From NCBI GenBank assembly GCA_965215265.1, contig OZ244048.1, forward strand, positions 3,744,001 through 3,808,000: a stretch of DNA of 64,000 nt. Reading direction: 5' to 3'. The DNA is from Candidatus Poribacteria bacterium. Lineage in GTDB: Bacteria; Poribacteria; WGA-4E; WGA-3G. Shown here piece by piece: positions 56,701-64,000 of this stretch. Below the pieces are notes generated by a model. The model ran no database searches. It was not told where the DNA came from and saw nothing but the letters and a program-made list of their open reading frames with translations. The stretch's first letter is position 1. Every line of letters begins with the position of its first letter. The position numbers and the translations under genes were made by a program.

Positions 56701-57534
56701 ATGAAAAGAACTTCCCTTATGACGCTCATTGTACTGTTTTCGGTTATTCTTCTCAGTTCAGCGAGTGCACAAGTGATTTTCTATGCTGATTTTGAAGCAG
56801 ACTCACAAGACGCGGTGCCAGATGCCAGTGTCAACGACGCCGCGAATTACGAACCTGAAAATCCCGGCATGGTTTGGGCAGCAGCCTCTGATTTCCCAGA
56901 AGGGGGTGAAGGCGCGTTACATCAGACTATAGAAGGATGCGGAAACTCTGGTAACACTCCATTACCCGGTATTGATAACTTCTCCGACGGTATCATTCAG
57001 GGTGTTTTCTCATGGCAAGACGATGACGGTGTCGGATTCCAATTCCGGCGCGTCGGTGATGATAGAGGCTACCTCGTCGCTTTTGGCTATAACGAAACAC
57101 CTCAGATTATTATCGGGAGCCTTGCCGATGGATGCTGCCCCTCCGGTCAATGTCTTGACCAGTGTACGTGCGAAAATGGTGGCAACGAACTCCTTGGGGT
57201 TGACCACGGATTAGGCGCAGACCTGCCCCAAGATAACACTGTCGCCTATTTCGGGCGTGTTCAAGTGACTGACACGTTAATCCAGGTCTGGTATATGCCG
57301 TTGGCTGATGTACCCGACCTCTTTGCGGATTCCGGAGAACTCGGAGATCCGGTCGCTGAGTACGATGGCGCTGATGATGCCGGCCCCGGAACCGTCGGAA
57401 TTTGGCACGAAAGCTGGGGAAATGGTAGAGTCGGAAGCATGCTTGTCACAGGACCCGACGGTTTCGCTACGACTGCTGTCGATCCGCATGCTAAACTCTC
57501 CACAACGTGGGGCGATGTCAAGAGCAGCTACTAA
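56701..57534 (+). CDS. Secreted beta-sandwich (LamG/DUF1080-like) protein with Cys-rich insert
   Basis: Signal peptide; DDDGVG.QFR....GY; ADGCCPSGQCLDQC.CENGG; tail KLSTTWGDVK. Confidence 0.8.
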   Translation: MKRTSLMTLIVLFSVILLSSASAQVIFYADFEADSQDAVPDASVNDAANYEPENPGMVWAAASDFPEGGEGALHQTIEGCGNSGNTPLPGIDNFSDGIIQGVFSWQDDDGVGFQFRRVGDDRGYLVAFGYNETPQIIIGSLADGCCPSGQCLDQCTCENGGNELLGVDHGLGADLPQDNTVAYFGRVQVTDTLIQVWYMPLADVPDLFADSGELGDPVAEYDGADDAGPGTVGIWHESWGNGRVGSMLVTGPDGFATTAVDPHAKLSTTWGDVKSSY

Positions 57535-57937
57535 AAAGCTGCACACTTGAGAATAGACAACGGCAATCCTTTGTTGCCGCCGGAAGCAGGAGTCCTTTTT
57601 AGTTTAGCACTCCTGCTTCCTAAACTAACTCTCGAGCACGCTTTTCAAACGAGGTGGCCTGCACGCCGCGTCCTACGGCAGGTTTCACATCTTTAAATGA
57701 TAAGCTGACTCTCCTATAGGGAGAGTGTTACTGTTTTCCATTCAAGCACGCTGCGCAACTTCAATTCCATATTGATACTGACACGGTATATCATCGTGCT
57801 GGACTTGCTAGCTCACTGATACTTTGTGACCTGCAAGGTTGGAAACCTCGTCTACCCAGGCAAGCGATGCTCCCGAGTTTATCTGTCGAAATATCTACTT
57901 ATTTTTTTAATTCACTATAAAGGAGATTTCTCATAAA

Positions 57938-58765
57938 ATGAAAACGCAATTTATTTTGTTGATATCGGCTATGATACTACTTGTTTCTTTGACTGCTAAT
58001 GGACAAATTGCATTCTATGCGGACTTTGAACCTAACTCTAAGGACGCAAAACCGAATGCTGATGTGAACAACATCAAAAACTATAAGCCTGAGAACGGAG
58101 GAACTATCTGGGCAGATGCAGATTTCGAAGGTGGCAATCTCGGCGGTACAAAAGCAATGGCGCAAACTGCTGAGGGATGCGGCATCTCAGGTAATACCCC
58201 GCTGCCCGGTGTTGATGACTTCACCGACGGTATCATCCAAGTCATTTTCTCCTTTGGGGACGATGATAGTTTTGGCGTACAATTCCGTAGAAAAGGAGAT
58301 GATAAGGGCTATCTTGTTGTCTTTGGCTATAATGAGACCTCAAAAGTTATCTTCGCGGATCTTGCCGATGGATGCTGTCCCTCCGGACAATGTCTAGATC
58401 AGTGTGGATGCGAAAATGGCGGTAAGGAAATAGCAGGCGTTGACCACGGACTCGGGGCCGGACTCGATCAGACGAACAGCGTTGCATATTTTGGACGCGT
58501 CGAGGTTAGCGGCAGCAACGTCAAAGTCTGGTACATGAAACTTGAGGATGTTAAGGACTTATTCGCTAATTCCGATGACCTCGGGGAACCGGTGCTTGAA
58601 TCAGACAAGGCGACTCACAAGAGCGCAGGGCTCGTCGGAGTCTGGCACGAAAGCTGGGGAATGGGACGCATAGACAGCATTCTTGTCACCAACCTGAATG
58701 GTTTTGATGTCCATGTCAAAGACAAATTGACTACCACTTGGGGTGATGTCAAAACCAGTTATTAA
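57938..58765 (+). CDS. Tandem paralog of 56701..57534
   Basis: Same motifs (EGCG.SGNTPLPG, CCPSGQCLDQCGCENGG, WHESWG, KLTTTWGDVK). Confidence 0.85.
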   Translation: MKTQFILLISAMILLVSLTANGQIAFYADFEPNSKDAKPNADVNNIKNYKPENGGTIWADADFEGGNLGGTKAMAQTAEGCGISGNTPLPGVDDFTDGIIQVIFSFGDDDSFGVQFRRKGDDKGYLVVFGYNETSKVIFADLADGCCPSGQCLDQCGCENGGKEIAGVDHGLGAGLDQTNSVAYFGRVEVSGSNVKVWYMKLEDVKDLFANSDDLGEPVLESDKATHKSAGLVGVWHESWGMGRIDSILVTNLNGFDVHVKDKLTTTWGDVKTSY

Positions 58766-58804
58766 GGAAGGTTACTTGTTGAAGTACGACTTAAAATCTG
58801 AAAT

Positions 58805-58830
58805 GTAGGCGGGATTGCTCAATCTCGCCT
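58805..58830 (+). repeat. GTAG-type REP-like hairpin
   Basis: GTAGGCGGGATTG-CTC-AATCTCGCCT; similar GTAGG starts at 23521, 25666 and 60267. Confidence 0.45.
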
Positions 58831-58853
58831 GCTCTCTATAAAGGGGACTACCC

Positions 58854-60125
58854 ATGAAAGTCACAAACGTTGAACGTGCCATTGTAGATGTCTCTTTCAC
58901 TCCACGCCAGCAACAGATTACCACGCAGAGCGTTTCTACTGTCTATAACTGGTCTCTTCTGGAACTGTGCAAAGTCACGACAGATACCGGGCACGTCGGA
59001 TGGGGCGAGACCGTGATTCATTACACCTACCAACGCGTGAGCGACGATAGCGTCAAGCGCGTGATTGGGCAAAGCCCCGCGGCGTTCATGAACGATGACT
59101 CACTCGGCGCAGGCCTACAGATGGCTCTTTTTGATGTGGTTGGAAAAATATTAGACATCCCTGTTTACAAACTCCTCGGGACGCAATGCCGCGAGGTTGT
59201 CCCTATTTCATGGTGGAGCATTGATGCCTCTCCAGAGAATTGGGCAGCGGAAGCCGCCGAGGCTGTGAGGCACGGTTACACCAGTTTCAAAAACAAGCCA
59301 CGCCCATGGTGGGATATTGTCGCACAAGTTGAAGCTATCGCACAAGCAGTCCCCTGTGACTTTAAATTAGACCTAGACCCCAACAGTTCCTTGCGCAATG
59401 CCGCCACTGCCATTCCAATCTTGCAAAAATTAGCAACCTATCCAAACGTGGCGATGTTTGAATCCCCTATCCCGCAGGGCGATGTAGAAGGAAATAAGCA
59501 GATTCGCCAAGCCGTTGATAGACCAATTGCAATGCACTTCGGGGCACCGCCTTACACCACCTGCATCAGTGAAGATGTCTGCAGCGGTTTTGTTATCAGT
59601 GGAGGCAAGTCTCAGGTGATGAGGCAAGGGCAGCTCAGCGCCGAAGCAGATATGCCGTTCTGGCTCCAAATCGTCGGAAACGGACTCACCACAACATGGG
59701 CGGCACACCTCGGAAGCGTCTTAACACACGCTATATGGCCCGCGATTACCTGTCTGAACCTTTACAGTGACCATCTCTTGACGCAACCCATTCAGGTCAG
59801 CAAAGGCTGCTACAAAGTCCACGATGCCCCCGGATTAGGCGTTGAAGTCAATGAGGAAGCAGTGGAACGTTTTCGCGTACCTGCCGATAAATTAGATGCT
59901 GATAGGTATACAATTCACCCCGTGCCAGAGATAATCAAGACCGTGGTCTATCCAGATGGGAGTTGCATCCATATGGCAGGCGACGGCTTGAGTTATTTCA
60001 ATGCCGGCAATGGATACGCGCAAGTGGAAGGTGCACGGTTGGAACTGACTTTTAACGACGGTTCTCAGGAATGGGCGGAGTTATTTGCACAAGTTTCTGA
60101 AACGCCGGTGCATGGACAGTGGTAA
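58854..60125 (+). CDS. Mandelate racemase/muconate lactonizing enzyme (enolase superfamily)
   Basis: TDTGHVGWGE, ALFDVVGK..PVY.LLG, GYTSFKNK, LDPN, FESP, PGLGVE. Confidence 0.9.
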   Translation: MKVTNVERAIVDVSFTPRQQQITTQSVSTVYNWSLLELCKVTTDTGHVGWGETVIHYTYQRVSDDSVKRVIGQSPAAFMNDDSLGAGLQMALFDVVGKILDIPVYKLLGTQCREVVPISWWSIDASPENWAAEAAEAVRHGYTSFKNKPRPWWDIVAQVEAIAQAVPCDFKLDLDPNSSLRNAATAIPILQKLATYPNVAMFESPIPQGDVEGNKQIRQAVDRPIAMHFGAPPYTTCISEDVCSGFVISGGKSQVMRQGQLSAEADMPFWLQIVGNGLTTTWAAHLGSVLTHAIWPAITCLNLYSDHLLTQPIQVSKGCYKVHDAPGLGVEVNEEAVERFRVPADKLDADRYTIHPVPEIIKTVVYPDGSCIHMAGDGLSYFNAGNGYAQVEGARLELTFNDGSQEWAELFAQVSETPVHGQW

Positions 60126-60325
60126 CTCCGCACAATGCACGATATACCGTAGCATTGAACCTAAGAAAATCAGATTTTGTGGATAACTCGTGGAATTTAA
60201 CCCGATGCCTCAACAAGGTGATTGAGTTCTATGTTATGAACGTGTGCTAAATCGCAAGGCTTCCTTGTAGGCGGGTTCTCCACATCCCGACACCCTGGGC
60301 AAATCCAGAAAATGTTGGAAACTAA

Positions 60326-62263
60326 ATGACCTTACCAACACAACAACGTAGCTTGACATGGCGCGTCTTATGCATCTTCGCGATCTTCGCACCGGTTAAC
60401 TGCTACTTTCTCATCCAGATGGAACTGGTGCGGTATACATTTCCAACGTGGGTCGTCCCCCTATCCAACGTAATTTTCATTCTCACCGCGGTGATGCTAA
60501 TAAACGGGCTCGTCCGCTTGTTGAAAAGCAGCCTCGCGCTCGGCCAAGGTGAGCTCTTATTCCTCTATGTAACACTTAGCTTCGCAACGACGCTAGCTGG
60601 CTGCGATGTCTTGCAAGCAATCTTATCGCTACTCGGACACAGTTTCTGGTTTGCCACCGAAGAAAACGAATGGCGAACCCTATTTTGGCACCATCTTCCG
60701 CAATGGCTGACTGTTTCAGATAGGGATGCGTTGCGCAATTACTACCACGGCGAGTCCAGTCTCTATCTGCCGCATCACCTACGGGTTTGGATTCCCATTG
60801 TTGCAGCATGGCTCTTGTTGTTCTTGGTAGTCGCATTCATTTTCCTCTGCCTTAATACTATCTTGCGCCGGCAGTGGTCTGAACGTGAAAGGTTGACGTT
60901 CCCGATTATCCAACTGCCACTCGCCATGACCGACCCGGCATCCCGTTTCTTTCGGAATAAACGGATGTGGATAGGTTTCACAATTGCCGCGGGTATCAGC
61001 CTCTTTAACGGATTGAGCCATCTCTATCCTGTCATCCCAAGTATCCCCATAACGCGACAATTTTTCAGGTTTCACGAACCTCCGCTCAGCCTTTACGGTA
61101 CAGTTATTACAGCCTTTTATCCGTTTGCTATCGGTATTATGTTCCTCATGCCGTTAGACGTGCTCTTTTCAACAACGTTTTTCTATGTACTCTATCGCAA
61201 CGAAGTAGCATTAGCAAAAGCGGTCGGGTGGCACAGCATTCCGCGATTCCCATATCTCAATGAACAGACCATTGGCGCATTTATCGGGTTGTGCTTTTTC
61301 TTTGCGTGGACCGGTAAGCGACATTTCAGCAGTGTACTGAAAACCGCATTTCAGCCTCGCAACCGGGATGTTGCTTCTACAAATGGACCTGTCGGATTAG
61401 ATACCGAACCGATGCCCTATCGCGTGGCCGTATGGGGGTTTGTGCTGGGAATTCTCCTATTCGCCTTTCTACTGCACAAAGCCGGGATGGCGATGTGGCT
61501 TGCCATCACGTTTGCACTGCTATTCCTGATAACACCGCTTGTCACGACGCGCATTCGTGCTGAATCTGGTATCTTCGTTCACGCTTACCATTGGCAAGCA
61601 CCGCGATACATATTGAATACCGTCTTGGGGACACACCGCCTCGGTGCACAAAACTTGACTGCATTATCAGTCTGTTTTTTCAATCGTGACTACCGTCCGC
61701 AACAGATGCCGCATCAATTAGAAGCGTTCAAAATTGCCGAAGCTGCACGTATCCCGCAGCGACAGATGCTCTTTACTGTAATCATCGCTACCGTTGTCGG
61801 GGTGCTGGTTGCGTTCTGGGTGCAGCTGCACCTCTACTATCAATTCGGTGCAGATTCCGGCTATTTCGGACCCTGGGCACTCGGCTACGGGAAGGAATAC
61901 TTCAGACGTTTAACGAACTGGATAACCTATCCGTTAGACACAGATTGGATAGGCGTGATATTCATCGGCATCGGATTCTCAGTGATGATGGGGCTATCTT
62001 ACCTACGCGTCAAATTCTTTTGGCTTCCGTTGCACCCGCTCGGCTATGTGATGGCAAGCAATCAAGAGATGTCCGACCTCTGGATACCGCTATTCATTGC
62101 ATTAACCCTCAAATGGCTCATTCTCCGGCACGGTGGCATCCAGAGTTACCGACGTATCATCCCTTTCTTTTTAGGGCTCGTCCTCGGTGATTACCTCATG
62201 GGTAGTTTGTGGAGTCTACTGAACGTGCTTTTGAATACGACGATGTATCAGTTTTATCCATAG
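60326..62263 (+). CDS. Polytopic membrane protein, DUF6785/DUF6784 (OPT-transporter-like)
   Basis: About 16 TM segments; RRQW...ERL.FP, R.RAE.G, WLPLHPLGY, PFFLGL.LGD. Confidence 0.8.
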   Translation: MTLPTQQRSLTWRVLCIFAIFAPVNCYFLIQMELVRYTFPTWVVPLSNVIFILTAVMLINGLVRLLKSSLALGQGELLFLYVTLSFATTLAGCDVLQAILSLLGHSFWFATEENEWRTLFWHHLPQWLTVSDRDALRNYYHGESSLYLPHHLRVWIPIVAAWLLLFLVVAFIFLCLNTILRRQWSERERLTFPIIQLPLAMTDPASRFFRNKRMWIGFTIAAGISLFNGLSHLYPVIPSIPITRQFFRFHEPPLSLYGTVITAFYPFAIGIMFLMPLDVLFSTTFFYVLYRNEVALAKAVGWHSIPRFPYLNEQTIGAFIGLCFFFAWTGKRHFSSVLKTAFQPRNRDVASTNGPVGLDTEPMPYRVAVWGFVLGILLFAFLLHKAGMAMWLAITFALLFLITPLVTTRIRAESGIFVHAYHWQAPRYILNTVLGTHRLGAQNLTALSVCFFNRDYRPQQMPHQLEAFKIAEAARIPQRQMLFTVIIATVVGVLVAFWVQLHLYYQFGADSGYFGPWALGYGKEYFRRLTNWITYPLDTDWIGVIFIGIGFSVMMGLSYLRVKFFWLPLHPLGYVMASNQEMSDLWIPLFIALTLKWLILRHGGIQSYRRIIPFFLGLVLGDYLMGSLWSLLNVLLNTTMYQFYP

Positions 62264-62273
62264 TTCAATTGCT

Positions 62274-62298
62274 GGGCTGAGAACGAATTCAGCCCTTT
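62274..62298. terminator. Hairpin between convergent genes
   Basis: GGGCTGA-GAACGAAT-TCAGCCC-TTT. Confidence 0.5.
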
Positions 62299-62329
62299 CT
62301 GTCATGACTATTCGCTTGGTTAATTCCGT

Positions 62330-63403
62330 TCACTGAATTGAGAGGCTGGAGATAGGTAACCACAACCCACCGGTACTTTTGGCGATGAATTTTTGATACG
62401 GCTCATCCCGTCCGATAACATCGACGCGAATTCGCGATTCCTTCATCTTCATAATCACATCTGTGTGGGAGTAAGCCCCACTGACATATTCATCTGTGAC
62501 GAGAATGAAATGAACATCTGCCTCACGCCGGAATCTCACCTCATCCGCTGCCCGGACCAAAGCATCTAGTGTATTTTCATCGCCGCTGCATCGCAATTGT
62601 CCTAATATCCGTTTAATCTGTGAAACCGAACGCGTTTGCGACACGATCTCAAAATCTAGTCCGAGAAGTTTATAACCGGTGCCAGTCCGAAACGCCACAA
62701 TCCCCAAGGTGAAGTCCATATTTGCGGCTTTGAACATTTCTGTCATGTGACTGAGATGCTCGCGCACGGCGTTGATGTCGTTTTTCATACTCCCACTCCC
62801 ATCAATTACAAACACAATGTCAACCAGATGGGTGGTCCGGTTCGCGATAATGTGTCTGCCTATCTTGGTTAATGCTAAATCGGGTAGAGTGAGCTCAGCA
62901 ACATCAGCACTCGGCTTTTGGACAGAAGTGCTAAAAAAATGATGTTTCGCGTCTCCATAACCTTCAGTCTCCACACCTGCTGAAATCCTTGAATTTATGT
63001 GCCCACCTTCTATTCCCGGAACAAGCGAAGAACTTCCGTTATTATATCCGTGTCTTGTAGTAGATGGAAATGGCAACCCTTCAGTTTGAAACTGAAGTTT
63101 CATCTCCTGAGGTAGAGTTGTGCTCACTGAGGCAGGAGACGTAATTGGTCTCACCTTCACAGTCTGGAACCGGGGCAACGTCTCAGAAACTAGCGGTAAT
63201 TGCAATGGAACCTGCGGCAGACGTTTTATAGGACGGACAGGTAGACGCTGACGCATCTCAGAAATCTCAATATCAGAAAATGAGGCTTGATGCCGCGAGA
63301 CTCTCTGGCGATATAACGGACTAAGCACCAAAAGTAGAAGGATATGGAAGCCAATGGATAGGATTAAGGCATTTGAGATGACTTTCTGAAAAAAACGTTT
63401 CAT
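62330..63403 (-). CDS. vWA domain protein with N-terminal membrane anchor
   Basis: SIGFH TM; DIVFVIDGSGSM MIDAS, ILVTDE, IAKSTGG. Confidence 0.9.
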   Translation of the reverse strand: MKRFFQKVISNALILSIGFHILLLLVLSPLYRQRVSRHQASFSDIEISEMRQRLPVRPIKRLPQVPLQLPLVSETLPRFQTVKVRPITSPASVSTTLPQEMKLQFQTEGLPFPSTTRHGYNNGSSSLVPGIEGGHINSRISAGVETEGYGDAKHHFFSTSVQKPSADVAELTLPDLALTKIGRHIIANRTTHLVDIVFVIDGSGSMKNDINAVREHLSHMTEMFKAANMDFTLGIVAFRTGTGYKLLGLDFEIVSQTRSVSQIKRILGQLRCSGDENTLDALVRAADEVRFRREADVHFILVTDEYVSGAYSHTDVIMKMKESRIRVDVIGRDEPYQKFIAKSTGGLWLPISSLSIQ

Positions 63404-63748
63404 AGCACTTTTTATTTCGTGTCTGTGATAAGATGGGCTTGGTCTAAACGGAGAAATGATGAGAAATGGGAGCATTTTCATTTTTTCTGCATTTATGCCC
63501 ATCTCGAAATCAACTTTATTCGTTCATTATTCTTTCACGAAACTGCGGAATTTTTTCGGCTAATTCAGCTGCGGCTCGCTATAATATCATTTTCTGCACG
63601 TCTATTTCCCATTATACCATGAGAGAATTAACTATTACAAGTGCAAATCTTTTTTAAAATTGACAAAAAAGGCGACAATATGATATTATACTCTATAAGC
63701 AAGACTTAATTTTCAACAGCGTGTTATTTGATCGGAAACCTGAGAAAA

Positions 63749-64000
63749 ATGAAGCACTTCGGATTAACACTGAATTTGAAAAACGATCCGGCAGTTATCA
63801 AACAGTACAAAGCATATCACCTCAACGCCTGGTCGGAGGTCGTCGAGGGGCTCAAGAACGTTGGCATTACGAAGATGAACATTTATCTCTTGGGATGTCG
63901 GCTGTTCATGGCTATGGAAACCGTGGATGATTTTGACCTTGAACGCGATTTTTCGCGCTACCTTGAGCAACATCCGCAATGCCAGGCATGGGACGAATTA
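63749..64000 (+). CDS. rhaM: L-rhamnose mutarotase family protein (3'-truncated; absent from the ORF track)
   Basis: MKHFGLTLNLKNDPAVIKQYKAYHLNAWSEVVEGLKNVGITKMNIYLLGCRLFMAMETVDDFD...WDEL runs off the window end. Confidence 0.85.
   Translation, partial: MKHFGLTLNLKNDPAVIKQYKAYHLNAWSEVVEGLKNVGITKMNIYLLGCRLFMAMETVDDFDLERDFSRYLEQHPQCQAWDEL

Noticed and set aside
1-64000. tRNA/rRNA genes, prophage, retron or reverse transcriptase; the many short antisense ORFs
   Set aside because: No cloverleaf, rRNA, phage or RT motifs were seen by eye; the short ORFs are shadows of longer, well-supported genes.

Overview
A gene-dense bacterial chromosomal window. The protein signatures point to Candidatus Poribacteria (inference): C-terminal 'KLxTTWGDVK' tails, 'NxPNPFNPETWIPYQL' FlgD-Ig sorting domains, dockerin-like repeats, WD40 and PhyH genes. 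Main content: (1) an accessory 1-7.5 kb region with an Rpn-family PD-(D/E)XK nuclease (probable internal antitoxin start), a ~2.9 kb insert flanked by a 174-bp direct repeat of a promoter plus gene start, an IS1 remnant and two dispersed repeat families; (2) a 10-gene minus-strand carotenoid cluster (crtYcd, crtD-like, crtI, crtB, acyltransferase, GT2, cruF, crtW, a NodB-type deacetylase and a helical hypothetical), predicted to make a keto-carotenoid acyl-glycoside; (3) a fused restriction-modification enzyme; (4) secreted modular proteins (WD40-metalloprotease, three shuffled paralogs, two Cys-rich paralogs behind a palindromic operator and structured leader); (5) a Tat-exported PaoABC-like molybdoenzyme operon with small accessory genes; (6) housekeeping and metabolic genes (trxA, waaA, folB, moaD/moaE, argE-like, SDRs, TonB-dependent receptor, enolase-family, partial rhaM). 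I found no rRNA, tRNA or CRISPR array. All calls come from reading motifs by eye; no database searches were run.
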